Shown here: piece by piece, positions 19,171 to 28,852 of the stretch
Numbering within the stretch: the first letter of the stretch is position 1
How the letters are laid out: every line of letters starts with the position of its first letter
NCBI GenBank assembly: GCA_029220445.1
Contig: GCA_029220445.1_3666.1
Source: a phage
DNA length: 64,000 nt
Direction: 5' to 3' (one strand)
The notes under the pieces: generated by a model
Databases searched by the model: none
Told to the model about the DNA's origin: nothing
What the model saw: the letters and a program-made list of their open reading frames with translations, nothing else
Program-made: the position numbers and the translations under genes

Positions 19171-20154
19171 TTAACCTTTCACGAAGTGGTTATTAAGCAG
19201 TTGTCTGTGCTGAACCCACCCACAAAAGTTGGCAGACCAGAATTTACCATCACGGTCTTGATGGGTTACACCTTCCTGCCAAGTACTGATGTCTTGTGTG
19301 ATTTCACATGAAGACAGGTAGTAGTTTAAACGTTCCATTGCGTTATCGTGATCCATAGGTGTTGCCTGGTGCTCGTAAGGGCTTGCATGAATACGATCCC
19401 CACCAATCAATTTTTTAGCCACACTGTCTGCCTTTTCAAACGTGCTGTCAATATTTCGATAAGATACTTGTGCACAGCAACTAGCACTGATAGACAGAGC
19501 TTCTTTAGTATCGAGAATGCAGAGCTTTCCTTCTGTGTCACGCACAGCGTAGTTAAACTCTCCGTCCAAATAAACGTGCTCTACATATGGGGTGTGCCAT
19601 TGACCCGGTTTAAGGATTTCAGGAGTGCTATTCCCAAGAGCCTCCCACATACAATTAGCCAACATCTGAATCGTAGGATCCGCATCGTGCCAGCAACGGA
19701 GGTGGAAAAAATTGTTCCACTCGGTGCTTGTTACAACTGTTTTCATGCGCTGAAAAGGCTCCACTAAGCGGTTACATACTTGCTTATGGTAACCAGCAAG
19801 TGCGAACTTCTCTGCATGCCAAGCGGCGTTTTTTGCAGCCTCTTTCCAAAACTCTTCAGGAGTTAGCTCCATGTCAGTGTACTCTACACGGATCTTTTGA
19901 TCGTGTTCCCCACCATCCTCCATTCCTCGCTTATTTACACCGAAGCGAACTGGCATTGCCGGATTCTCCACAATCTGTTGCAGCATCTTGCCGACAGGTA
20001 CTGCACGGGAAGACATGGCGTTTCGGCTGAACACTCGGTGCGTCATAAGCTCTGAGTGAATAATTCGAGGATACTCTAGTTCAAAAGTGGTGATACGCTT
20101 ACCTTTCTCGGAAATGCTGTCAGCAATAATCTTTGCAGTGCACAGTTTTAGCAT
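19171..20154 (-). CDS. thyX: flavin-dependent thymidylate synthase
   Basis: ThyX signature RHRxxxxxxxS present as THRVFSRNAMSSRA. Confidence 0.85.
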   Translation of the reverse strand: MLKLCTAKIIADSISEKGKRITTFELEYPRIIHSELMTHRVFSRNAMSSRAVPVGKMLQQIVENPAMPVRFGVNKRGMEDGGEHDQKIRVEYTDMELTPEEFWKEAAKNAAWHAEKFALAGYHKQVCNRLVEPFQRMKTVVTSTEWNNFFHLRCWHDADPTIQMLANCMWEALGNSTPEILKPGQWHTPYVEHVYLDGEFNYAVRDTEGKLCILDTKEALSISASCCAQVSYRNIDSTFEKADSVAKKLIGGDRIHASPYEHQATPMDHDNAMERLNYYLSSCEITQDISTWQEGVTHQDRDGKFWSANFCGWVQHRQLLNNHFVKG

Positions 20155-20354
20155 TATTTAGCTCTCCTTGTTTTAATTTTGGAAATTTCGTCTGGGTTTA
20201 TGTTGGCCTTAAATGCAAGGTATCTGTTGAACATGTCAGAGCACATATCTTGGGTGATCCTAGAGGCATACACTAGCTTACCTCCCAGATCATACACCTC
20301 TAGCCAGTCACCGTATCTGACTACAGGATCGCCACCTTTAGAACATCTGCCCAT
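20154..20354 (-). CDS. hypothetical protein
   Basis: 66-aa ORF. Confidence 0.4.
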   Translation of the reverse strand: MGRCSKGGDPVVRYGDWLEVYDLGGKLVYASRITQDMCSDMFNRYLAFKANINPDEISKIKTRRAK

Positions 20355-20355
20355 T

Positions 20356-20949
20356 TCAAATACCTTCTAAAAACTTTCCTATTTTATACCAGCTATTAGC
20401 GGTATAGTCAACACTGACCTTTAACTCCTCGAATTGCTCATAAGGCGTATCTTTTAGGATTTTAATAACTTCAGGTCGTGAAGCGAATTGGTTCAGGTAT
20501 TCATGCCTGTCATCAATTATAACATCTACAGCCACATTTCCTTTGAAATGTGTGGCGTAGAAGCCGTGGCCCTGGGTGTGATCGTCCAGATCCATAAAAT
20601 CACTGGTCCAACGCTTTAAGAACCTTGATTTAGATGCAAGGTGGCCTTTCTTGCATACCGAGATAAATGCAAGCTTGTGACCACGAGCCACCAAATCTTT
20701 CATAACCTCAATAGCCCCCTCTTCAGGCTTAAGGAAGTCGTAGAGGAACGGGTCACTCCAGAAATCAAAAGGCCCTATGATGTTTTCTTTGGGGCGATCA
20801 GGCCAATACTTCGACAGATCGTAATACATTAGCCCATTAGAAGGTTTAGCGACTGTCTTACTGGCTGGACCATACAAACGCTCCAACCACTCCCACCATG
20901 CTGTTCCTGAATCTACCAGTGTCAAATCTACATCAATTCCGATTAACAT
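20356..20949 (-). CDS. HAD-family 5'(3')-deoxyribonucleotidase-like phosphatase
   Basis: HAD motif I IGIDVDLTL and motif IV VIIDDR. Confidence 0.6.
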   Translation of the reverse strand: MLIGIDVDLTLVDSGTAWWEWLERLYGPASKTVAKPSNGLMYYDLSKYWPDRPKENIIGPFDFWSDPFLYDFLKPEEGAIEVMKDLVARGHKLAFISVCKKGHLASKSRFLKRWTSDFMDLDDHTQGHGFYATHFKGNVAVDVIIDDRHEYLNQFASRPEVIKILKDTPYEQFEELKVSVDYTANSWYKIGKFLEGI

Positions 20950-21557
20950 TCTTCTTGGGCCTCTTTAGCATCAATATACTTGCACACAATCTCCGATGCA
21001 CACTCCCAAGGTGCACCTTCAGGGTTTACAACATCAAACTCAACCCCTTTTATTCCGTTCTTTTCCAGACTTAGATAGGTTCTGGAATCATTTCCCCAGT
21101 CATATCCTACACGGTGAATACGGAACAACAACAGATCTCCACCTGTGCTGTATGCGTACTCGCTAAGGCATGCCAGCTCCTCTTTGAATCCACCATCGGA
21201 GTAAACAATAACCCCTTTACTTTCAGGAAAATCTTTCTTCAAAGATGCGACTGCGGCTTTACCGAAAGCATCTTCACCAAAGATAGGTTTAATCAGATTT
21301 TCACTACAATGGATCATCCATTTTCGCGGAGAAACATGCTTGCCGTCTATCATTAAGAAAGGGCAAGGCTCTTCTTTGTAGTGGCGGTCATAAAGTGCAT
21401 TCCAGAGTTGAGGAGTTACACCAGCTGCCTTAATTGCCACACTGAAGAGCATTTCCTTAACCTCACGGTGGTGTGAGTTAGGAATAGCTTCCAACAAGAG
21501 ATCTGCAATGTGATCCTTACCACTGCTGGGTGGGGCGTTAAGAACAATAATATCCAT
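20943..21557 (-). CDS. deoxynucleoside monophosphate kinase
   Basis: N-terminus MDIIVLNAPPSSGKDHIADLL resembles the P-loop start of T4-type dNMP kinase. Confidence 0.65.
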   Translation of the reverse strand: MDIIVLNAPPSSGKDHIADLLLEAIPNSHHREVKEMLFSVAIKAAGVTPQLWNALYDRHYKEEPCPFLMIDGKHVSPRKWMIHCSENLIKPIFGEDAFGKAAVASLKKDFPESKGVIVYSDGGFKEELACLSEYAYSTGGDLLLFRIHRVGYDWGNDSRTYLSLEKNGIKGVEFDVVNPEGAPWECASEIVCKYIDAKEAQEEC

Positions 21558-21760
21558 TAAAAACCTCCGTGGTATTCTTCAACTGCATCAATAATACTTT
21601 TACACTTATCTACCAGCTCGTTAGCCACTACAGCATCGTCTTCCCAAACAGCCTCCTCAATCTGATCAAGCAATGATCGCATCTTACTCATCATTTCTGG
21701 GATAAAGTTTTCTGAAAAGCTGTCTGGAATTGTTAACTCTAGTGTCATTTCGGTCTCCAA
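21557..21760 (-). CDS. hypothetical acidic protein
   Basis: 67-aa ORF. Confidence 0.4.
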   Translation of the reverse strand: METEMTLELTIPDSFSENFIPEMMSKMRSLLDQIEEAVWEDDAVVANELVDKCKSIIDAVEEYHGGF

Positions 21761-21775
21761 TCATACTATGCGTTA

Positions 21776-22234
21776 TTAGAAGTTTGTTTTTACACGTCCC
21801 TTCTCATCAACCTCGTTGTTAGCTAAAAGCGTTACAAAGTCTGTGAAACGAACATGAAGAACCCTTTTCTTATCAAGGTATCCTAAAGCCACCCCTGAGA
21901 AATTTAGCATCAAAGGGGCTAAAGAAGCTCTGGCACTGAAATGCTGTTGTTCTACCCTTCCAACACCCTTAGTGTAGGATGGGTTAAGATTGTAAGTTCT
22001 GAATCCCAGTTTTGTTGGAGCTTTAGAATTAAAAACGACTTTATAGCGTTTCTTACTCAACTTATGCTCCAGGATAAGCATTCCCTTATCACCTTTGATA
22101 AGTTGAAAATCTGTAAAGTGCTCTTTTAAGACGAAAGGTAGTGCCAGTCCCATCGCCTGTCCTCTTTGTACCGCTGTCTCACCAAAAGCTTTTGCATCAG
22201 TAAGTTCTTTGGTCAAGTCTATGCTTTTGATCAT
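21776..22234 (-). CDS. hypothetical protein
   Basis: 152-aa ORF. Confidence 0.45.
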   Translation of the reverse strand: MIKSIDLTKELTDAKAFGETAVQRGQAMGLALPFVLKEHFTDFQLIKGDKGMLILEHKLSKKRYKVVFNSKAPTKLGFRTYNLNPSYTKGVGRVEQQHFSARASLAPLMLNFSGVALGYLDKKRVLHVRFTDFVTLLANNEVDEKGRVKTNF

Positions 22235-23015
22235 ACCTGGTCTCCAAAATGTATTGTAGTTCTTTCTTACCTATACTCTTCATTCCAGCAGTCTTACCTG
22301 CTTCTTCTTGAAAAGAAGAATAGCATTCAGCAAACACTCTGTCAACACCGTTAACTAAAGATTTTATGAAATATGTTGATTCTTCAGATTTTGGGTCATC
22401 ATCCCCCAATACTTTTCCAGCATTATACCCAACACGTCTTACACAGAAGTCGTAGTCATCTGGTGTGCTAAAAGAAAATAACTTATTCTCTCCAATCTCT
22501 ACAGGATCCCTATTGCACGCCTTTTTCTCCCAAATTTGGAAAACACATGGCACGTCATAAGGTTTGCCATTAAGTAAAAACGAATTCTTAGGGCACCTTT
22601 CGCTGTAGACAAGGTGCATCGACATGTCCAGTTTGTTTGCAAAAAATATTTTTTCAAATGTCCGTGGCAAGATGAAGGCTATAGCCCCTCCAAGCTCTAG
22701 CAATGATGCACAATGGTTAAAGAATTTGCAAGCTAAGGATGAATTCTTGCCAAATGGTGGGTTACCTATGAAGACATCTGCCTTGGGATGCACCTCCAAG
22801 AAGTTTGCCTGAATGCACGGTGTTGGTCCTTCAAATTCAGGATCTGGTACTAAATCGTACGACAGTATCTCTGAAAATAGTTTTGAAAAAGAACCCCTTC
22901 CAGCAGAAGGCTCAACGTATGCACAATTCCCATACTTATCTTTTACTTTACCAACAAGATATTCTGCATACTCAGGGTTTGTGTAATATTTGTCGTTGGA
23001 CTCTTTCTTACTCAA
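22197..23015 (-). CDS. DNA N6-adenine methyltransferase
   Basis: YYTNPEYAEYLV N-terminal motif, SAM-binding EPSAGRGSF, catalytic FIGNPPF. Confidence 0.65.
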   Translation of the reverse strand: MSKKESNDKYYTNPEYAEYLVGKVKDKYGNCAYVEPSAGRGSFSKLFSEILSYDLVPDPEFEGPTPCIQANFLEVHPKADVFIGNPPFGKNSSLACKFFNHCASLLELGGAIAFILPRTFEKIFFANKLDMSMHLVYSERCPKNSFLLNGKPYDVPCVFQIWEKKACNRDPVEIGENKLFSFSTPDDYDFCVRRVGYNAGKVLGDDDPKSEESTYFIKSLVNGVDRVFAECYSSFQEEAGKTAGMKSIGKKELQYILETRYDQKHRLDQRTY

Positions 23016-23060
23016 AGTGCCTCCAAAAGGAAAAGGGAGGCTTGCGCCTCCCTATACTTG

Positions 23061-24044
23061 TTAGATTATCTGAATCAGGGTGTTTTTCATCTCTTCTCTG
23101 GTACGGATGTTGTTACGATCACGAACAACAGATCCACAACCTTCACAGCGGTATGTTTTAAATGCACTCAGCTGAGTATATGCCAAAGCTTCTTCCTCGT
23201 GAAGGTGTTCTCCACCACAGCGTGGGCAACGAACCTTTGGCTCCTCGTCCTGGTAGTACAATGACATGTTTGGGTGCTGCTTAGCAAACGGGCGAGCCAG
23301 CAAATACAGTCCTTCCAGAGACAGGATATCACCAACATTATACTCACGCATCTGTTTAAATGCCTCAAGATCACCATGGACACACTTGATCCACATTTCA
23401 AATGTGTGATCAATCAGTTTCTGTCGGGCCAGTTGGAAGTATTTGCATGCATACTCCAAAGTGTTTGCATTCAAACGAAATGCCTTTTTGATCATTTTAA
23501 GGGTGTCAACATCTTTGTAGGGGCTTGTTGGAGGCAACCCGTGAAATGCAAATCGTTGGTTGGCCCACCCGCAGTCAAAACCTGAATTGTGGGCTACTGC
23601 GACATCGCATTTATCCAGATAATACCACAAATCCTGAATCAATTCGAGATCATTGTGAATATCCTCATCCCACATTTTGTAATCAGGAAGAGCGCAGTCA
23701 ACCACACTAGGACTGTCTAACCACTTACCTGCGAAAGTTAGCATGTAGGGCATAATTTCAATACCGCAGGTTTGAATGTTGGTCTTATAGTGCCCAAAGA
23801 ACCAGCCGTTTGTTGGAGATGTCTCTGTATCATACACCCAAACTTTAGCACCTTTGTGCTCTTCAAGGAAGCGCTCCGTTGCTTCTCCTACAATCTCTGA
23901 CATATTCTCTTGTGCACGTTTAAGCTGTAGTCGGATCCAGCTCTCACGTGACTCACGGCCTAAAAATTCACGAGCAATTTGTCTATTAGTGTATCCCTGT
24001 TGCTTTAGTGTTAAAATTTGCTCAAGAGTTAACTTTGTCATCAT
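23061..24044 (-). CDS. DEDDh-type 3'-5' exonuclease with N-terminal HTH and C-terminal zinc ribbon
   Basis: VYDTETS (exo motif I), AHNSGFD (motif III H..D), CPRCGG...CEGCG at the C-terminus. Confidence 0.6.
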   Translation of the reverse strand: MMTKLTLEQILTLKQQGYTNRQIAREFLGRESRESWIRLQLKRAQENMSEIVGEATERFLEEHKGAKVWVYDTETSPTNGWFFGHYKTNIQTCGIEIMPYMLTFAGKWLDSPSVVDCALPDYKMWDEDIHNDLELIQDLWYYLDKCDVAVAHNSGFDCGWANQRFAFHGLPPTSPYKDVDTLKMIKKAFRLNANTLEYACKYFQLARQKLIDHTFEMWIKCVHGDLEAFKQMREYNVGDILSLEGLYLLARPFAKQHPNMSLYYQDEEPKVRCPRCGGEHLHEEEALAYTQLSAFKTYRCEGCGSVVRDRNNIRTREEMKNTLIQII

Positions 24045-24056
24045 CGTTAAGATTCC

Positions 24057-24278
24057 TTAGTAAAACTGAAGAATGTCTTTTAAAGCGAAGTCACGATATT
24101 CGCCCTTGTCTACATCGAAGGCACGCATCAACCACTGCTCTTCTTTATGATACTCTGTAGAGCCAAACCATAAATTAGGCTCAGTAACGCAGCGATCTGC
24201 AACAACACCTTTCCAGTTACGGTATTTCATCCTGATCAGAACTGAATCGCAAGGATTGAATACCTTTTTCATCCCCAT
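24057..24278 (-). CDS. hypothetical protein
   Basis: 73-aa ORF overlapping the next gene; coding status uncertain. Confidence 0.35.
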   Translation of the reverse strand: MGMKKVFNPCDSVLIRMKYRNWKGVVADRCVTEPNLWFGSTEYHKEEQWLMRAFDVDKGEYRDFALKDILQFY

Positions 24279-24822
24279 AGAAATCTCTCTCCTCAGTTTT
24301 CTTTATAAACTCCTGCATGTAGAACTCAATAGCCTCATGCTTGGTGCACTCCGGATTAATGACAAGATTGAGATCTGATTCTGCTCGTGCAATGATCGTA
24401 GCTTTAGAGCATCTCCTCAAGAACTTTGTCATATCATCTCTGTAGTTTTTGTGGAGCGGGAAGTCGCTGTAGTCTTTCTCCAAATAGTCAGCCATCCGGC
24501 GCAACGCCTCTGATAAACTGCAATCTGTATACTCGTTACAGTATTTCATCCAGTATTTAAGCACATACCCCTCAAAGGTATTAGTGCATTGGGACAAAAC
24601 ACCCCTGCAACGACCAGTCAGATGGTCATGATCCAAACAAGGCTTACGAAGTGGCTCGCACAAGATAGGATCAAGACCATCCTGCTCCTCTGACAATTCT
24701 TTTCGAAAGTTGGCTATGTCCTTAGAATCTTTTAACCACCCGTTATGAACGGGGGCTTTGACAGCTTTCTTTCTTATTTTACGCTTTGCGATAATCCCTC
24801 CAGATGCGCCCTGCCTATCCAA
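24217..24822 (-). CDS. endonuclease VII-like Holliday junction resolvase
   Basis: CLDHDHLTGRCRGVLSQCTN matches the T4 endo VII catalytic and zinc motif HLDHDH..G..RGLLC..CN. Confidence 0.8.
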   Translation of the reverse strand: MDRQGASGGIIAKRKIRKKAVKAPVHNGWLKDSKDIANFRKELSEEQDGLDPILCEPLRKPCLDHDHLTGRCRGVLSQCTNTFEGYVLKYWMKYCNEYTDCSLSEALRRMADYLEKDYSDFPLHKNYRDDMTKFLRRCSKATIIARAESDLNLVINPECTKHEAIEFYMQEFIKKTEERDFYGDEKGIQSLRFSSDQDEIP

Positions 24823-25403
24823 TAAGCATCTGCGAGATCGGCCTTACCTTGTACCAAATTGATCCCATCTAGGAACCCAGGTTCAGATACTTCGCAGGCC
24901 TTAACCATCAACTTTTTATCCATCGTAACAGGTTTCTTCACAGTATGCTCTTTACCTGTCTTTTTGTCAAGCTTTTTCTTCTCCTCGAAAGCAAGTTCCT
25001 CAGGAAGATGACCACGAGCAAACTTTTTGGCAGTTGTTGGTGTCACTGTGTGGACCTTAAACAGGCCGTCATTTTCACAATCAGCTAAGGCATCCCAAAG
25101 CATAACTTCAAGACCGTAAAACAACCCAGCCAGTTCACGTGTGGCATCCCCGCGTGATCCAAAGGAAAGCCCTTCCATAACTACAGTGTCAACGCCGTGC
25201 GTGTGGATATAATATCTGACCTGTTTGCAGATCCAGTCAATACGCTCAGCAGCTGTTGCAAAAGAAACCGTCCCTGGTTTCTTCTCTTTTGCAGATGAGC
25301 TTTGAGTTCGTAACACAACCTTATGAACAGGCTTTCCATCGTCCCATACAACGCAAGCTGTGTGTGTCAACGACTGGTCTATGGATAATAGACGCTCTCT
25401 CAT
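24774..25403 (-). CDS. RuvC-like resolvase
   Basis: LSIDQSLTHTACVVW, VMEGLSFG and DAYWIGRAHL align by eye to RuvC motifs (IDPG..TGY, IEQ.F, DA.AIA..H). Confidence 0.6.
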   Translation of the reverse strand: MRERLLSIDQSLTHTACVVWDDGKPVHKVVLRTQSSSAKEKKPGTVSFATAAERIDWICKQVRYYIHTHGVDTVVMEGLSFGSRGDATRELAGLFYGLEVMLWDALADCENDGLFKVHTVTPTTAKKFARGHLPEELAFEEKKKLDKKTGKEHTVKKPVTMDKKLMVKACEVSEPGFLDGINLVQGKADLADAYWIGRAHLEGLSQSVK

Positions 25404-25735
25404 GCTTCCTCATCCTCCTCTCCTTCATCAGGAGCATAAGCCTTATCTTTGAACAATACGAGAGAGCAAAGCTTAACATCTGTTTCCACACTGGTGAACA
25501 TGCATAACCGCTCGCCCTCAATCAGCTCACAATCCTCTTTTAAAACAGCAGACCATACACGGTCATCTGCGTAATCATCCGTGTACAGGATGTATGAAAT
25601 GGTGTCATCTTCATACAACCGCCACATACCTGTGGCAACAACGAATGTATTTTTTGTTTTAAGTGTCCCTGTTGTGTGATCATCCTCAAAAACAGCTTCC
25701 ATAATTGCGTTATCTACAGAATTTTTAGTCATCAA
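25400..25735 (-). CDS. hypothetical acidic protein
   Basis: 111-aa ORF. Confidence 0.45.
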   Translation of the reverse strand: MMTKNSVDNAIMEAVFEDDHTTGTLKTKNTFVVATGMWRLYEDDTISYILYTDDYADDRVWSAVLKEDCELIEGERLCMFTSVETDVKLCSLVLFKDKAYAPDEGEEDEEA

Positions 25736-26871
25736 ATTGCTCCAACATTTCTAAGAACGTTAACAAGTTTTGTTTGATCATTGAATGTTCGCTTCATATA
25801 CAAACAGTCAAAAATTATACTCATCCATTGACCTACGGAGATTCTACGATCAATACCATTGAAGTCAGTATACTTAACAACACCTTTCGGGAACCACTTC
25901 TTGTACTGATCAATAATAGCCACCCACATCTCCTTTGGAGTGCTGCACTGAGACAGTAGGTAGAATGCTGAGGCATCTCCGAACTTACCCTTACCGATAA
26001 GTCCTTGATACGGCTTGATGTTGTCAGCAGAGTCACCACACAGCATTTGGTATCCGAAGAACAGCATTCCGTAACCACCAACCTCTCCATTAGGCTTCAT
26101 GAAGATGTTCCCCATACCGTTATCGATCAGCATAGGGGTTTCCCTTACAAAATCTCCCTTATCGTTTCGCATGGGATCGAACACAAGCCCCGGTAGTGTT
26201 CTTTGGTCCTTATCAATAGAGATAATAAACTTGTTGAACTTACCTGTTTTTTGGTAGTGGTTCCAACCTTCAAATTGCTGGATAGCTAACCAGTCATCAG
26301 CCTCGATACCGTTGATCACTTGAGCATTATACTGCTTTTGGAGATACTGTCTTGCATCTTCAAGCAGCAGTGGTCGAAGAGTATTGTTACGGTTGGCTTT
26401 ATATCTTTCCGGCATGGGAAGATCTAGTCTGAAATTACCTGTGCCTCCAAGTACCCCCACGCACCGATCTTCCGGAATACCGAGATAATTAAGGACTGCA
26501 TTAGCTTTACACTTAATTGTGTGCAAGCAATTCTCTACAGGATCAGGGGTTTGGATATCCAAGACATCGAAATCTTCTCGTGTCCACGGAATAAACTCCT
26601 TGCCAGCCTTTTTACATGCAGCTTCACGGTTGGTATTCTCAGCTTTTAACCAACCACCAACGGTGTTCTTCTGCCGCCCCCAGAACTCTGTTCGTGTTTT
26701 AAACATCTTCTTACGTCCGGAGGCTTTGTGTGTTACCTCAATTGTCCTTTTTTCACAACTTGCTGCAGCTTGATATGCAACCTGATCGAAGTCATAATAA
26801 ACTATAGCGTCAGGTTCAAGAAGATCAGCCAGACAATCTATGGACTCAATAAGTGGATATTCTCTACTCAA
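25732..26871 (-). CDS. 5'-3' exonuclease / flap endonuclease (FEN family)
   Basis: VINGIEADDWLA (FEN GxEADD motif) and LCGDSADNIKPYQGLIGKG (H3TH GDxSDNIPG.GIG motif). Confidence 0.8.
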   Translation of the reverse strand: MSREYPLIESIDCLADLLEPDAIVYYDFDQVAYQAAASCEKRTIEVTHKASGRKKMFKTRTEFWGRQKNTVGGWLKAENTNREAACKKAGKEFIPWTREDFDVLDIQTPDPVENCLHTIKCKANAVLNYLGIPEDRCVGVLGGTGNFRLDLPMPERYKANRNNTLRPLLLEDARQYLQKQYNAQVINGIEADDWLAIQQFEGWNHYQKTGKFNKFIISIDKDQRTLPGLVFDPMRNDKGDFVRETPMLIDNGMGNIFMKPNGEVGGYGMLFFGYQMLCGDSADNIKPYQGLIGKGKFGDASAFYLLSQCSTPKEMWVAIIDQYKKWFPKGVVKYTDFNGIDRRISVGQWMSIIFDCLYMKRTFNDQTKLVNVLRNVGAI

Positions 26872-27172
26872 AGACCCTCCTGTTAGTTATTCTGCAAGAT
26901 GGTTGGATGCTGTAATGGAATGCATCATCACTTTCTGCAATAAGTGACTCAACATCCCAATACTTTTCAAAAAGGAACGGATTAGAACCCCAGTGATGAG
27001 TTATTTTCATCAAGGAGTCTGGTATCAGATAACCAGAGATCTTAACTACATCGCCAGGTTGAATTGTGTTTTCATGAAGGTTGCTTGCCTTCTTCAGGAT
27101 CATACCTTTATGATTCTCGTTTGCATACAACTGGACAATATCTTTATCTTCAACAATAAAAATTTTAAGCAT
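26864..27172 (-). CDS. hypothetical protein
   Basis: 102-aa ORF. Confidence 0.4.
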   Translation of the reverse strand: MLKIFIVEDKDIVQLYANENHKGMILKKASNLHENTIQPGDVVKISGYLIPDSLMKITHHWGSNPFLFEKYWDVESLIAESDDAFHYSIQPSCRITNRRVFE

Positions 27173-27231
27173 ATCTAGTTCTCCTGGTTTATAAATATCT
27201 GAACGATAATATCAGATTAATAACACTTTTG

Positions 27232-27525
27232 TCAAGACTTTTTAGTCTTTCTTGGAGAGCTTTTTGTTGATCTTTTCCTTTTGTGGTAGATTCCAAGTGC
27301 AGCGTTTTCTTGGGCGCACGTTTTAACAGTTCTCAGACAAGAACTTTCAGCTTTAGGCAGGTTTAACTCCCACCAACCAAGCCAGTAAAGTTCTGATTCA
27401 GACAACTGCTCAGATTCAGCCTTCCGATACAAGGTTCGCATACCTCTGATGATATCGTCCAGAGGTGTATCGAATACAAAAGCTGTCTTATCGAATTTCT
27501 CTTTTACAGGTCTCTTAGCCATCAA
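27232..27525 (-). CDS. hypothetical basic protein
   Basis: 97-aa ORF with lysine/arginine-rich C-terminus. Confidence 0.4.
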   Translation of the reverse strand: MMAKRPVKEKFDKTAFVFDTPLDDIIRGMRTLYRKAESEQLSESELYWLGWWELNLPKAESSCLRTVKTCAQENAALGIYHKRKRSTKSSPRKTKKS

Positions 27526-27979
27526 GGTAACCCTCTATCCACGAAAAGTCAGTCTTCCATTCTGGAACTTTACTAAGCTCACGCCACTCTGCAAAGCAGT
27601 CTCGGTAATACGCCTCTGCCATACCTTTGGTGATCTTATTCACCTTAGCCAACTGATTAACTGCCTGAGCATACTTTCCACGGATATTTGCTAACCCAGG
27701 ATGCACCGATGTGTGACAATCTGGGCACAACGCTATCAGTCCGACAAGCCGGATCACTCCCTCTTCGAAAGTGTAAAGTTCATGGCACTCCACTGGATGT
27801 TTGCTACCTTTACCGCCGCACACCTCACAAGTGTAGTTGGCTTCTCTATAGCACTTCTTACGGATCTTATCCCACTCACTCTTCTTCACAGCGTTTCGGA
27901 GGTTATTATACCAAGCTGTTTCTGGGATCAATTGCACAATAAGCCTGCGTTCAGACTTCATTAAACGTCCGTCTTCCAC
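27515..27979 (-). CDS. HNH endonuclease-like protein
   Basis: CEVCGG...VECHELY...ALCPDCHTSVH fits the HNH CxxC...H...LCxxCHxxxH arrangement. Confidence 0.55.
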   Translation of the reverse strand: MEDGRLMKSERRLIVQLIPETAWYNNLRNAVKKSEWDKIRKKCYREANYTCEVCGGKGSKHPVECHELYTFEEGVIRLVGLIALCPDCHTSVHPGLANIRGKYAQAVNQLAKVNKITKGMAEAYYRDCFAEWRELSKVPEWKTDFSWIEGYLDG

Positions 27980-27988
27980 GTATCCTCC

Positions 27989-28195
27989 TCATTCAAAGAA
28001 ATGGGTGCGAGGGCAGGAACCTGCCTCACCTTGTTTCACAAGTTCGTAGAGCTCACCTTGGCTTGTCTCATAAAGGCAAATACGTTTACCATTGTCCCGA
28101 TATACATCGACAAGATACGCTGTTTCACCTGCAAACACGACACCACAGGCCAGACATGCTGCCATGAACAAAATTGCCAACAGAAAATCTTTCAT
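27989..28195 (-). CDS. small secreted or membrane-anchored protein
   Basis: N-terminal signal-like segment MKDFLLAILFMAACLACGVVFAGE in a 68-aa ORF just downstream of the endolysin. Confidence 0.45.
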   Translation of the reverse strand: MKDFLLAILFMAACLACGVVFAGETAYLVDVYRDNGKRICLYETSQGELYELVKQGEAGSCPRTHFFE

Positions 28196-28258
28196 GGTTA
28201 AACCCTCCTAAACATTTTATGAGGTAAAAATACCACGTCCGTGTGGTTATGTCAATGA

Positions 28259-28729
28259 TCAATCAAGGACAACACCGCCTGCCTTTTTAAACACCTCGAT
28301 CAACTTCTCAATCTTCTGTTCATGCTGACCATATCCAGCACCAGGTAACGAAGCCCAGCGGGAACGGCATTTATGGATAGCCTCGTGGATACGCCCTTCG
28401 TCAATGTCAGCGAGAGCCTTGCACTCACGGATCAGTTGCAACGCAATCTTGTCCTGACTGGCAGGGCCAAAATCTGGTAATCCTAACTGTTTCATATAGT
28501 GTTTAGCAAACTTCTCCAAAACCTGGTAACGCCCAGCAGCGGAGGAGGTAAGTTTAGCATTTAGCTTAACGTAAACACCGGGGTGCTTGCTGTAATCGCT
28601 GAACAGCTTGCCGCCGACTATGACATCGTACCCCCGATCCTTGGTAGGTTGTCTACCATTATCTGTGCCTTCCGAATATGCGATCATATCCAAGAAAGCT
28701 TTTCGTTGAACATTTTTATCAAGTTTCAT
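28259..28729 (-). CDS. endolysin, lambda R-type lytic transglycosylase
   Basis: near-identical blocks to phage lambda R: NVQRKAFLDMIAYSEGTDNGRQ, GYDVIVGG, WASLPGAGYGQ. Confidence 0.9.
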   Translation of the reverse strand: MKLDKNVQRKAFLDMIAYSEGTDNGRQPTKDRGYDVIVGGKLFSDYSKHPGVYVKLNAKLTSSAAGRYQVLEKFAKHYMKQLGLPDFGPASQDKIALQLIRECKALADIDEGRIHEAIHKCRSRWASLPGAGYGQHEQKIEKLIEVFKKAGGVVLD

Positions 28730-28852
28730 TTTTCATACTCTCCAGTTTACTCATAACTAACCCGATCAACAACACTGCATAGTGTGGTTATGTAGGTGCC
28801 AATTGAAAACCATCATTCAATTGGTTACCGTTACCTACTAGACCTTCCTACA

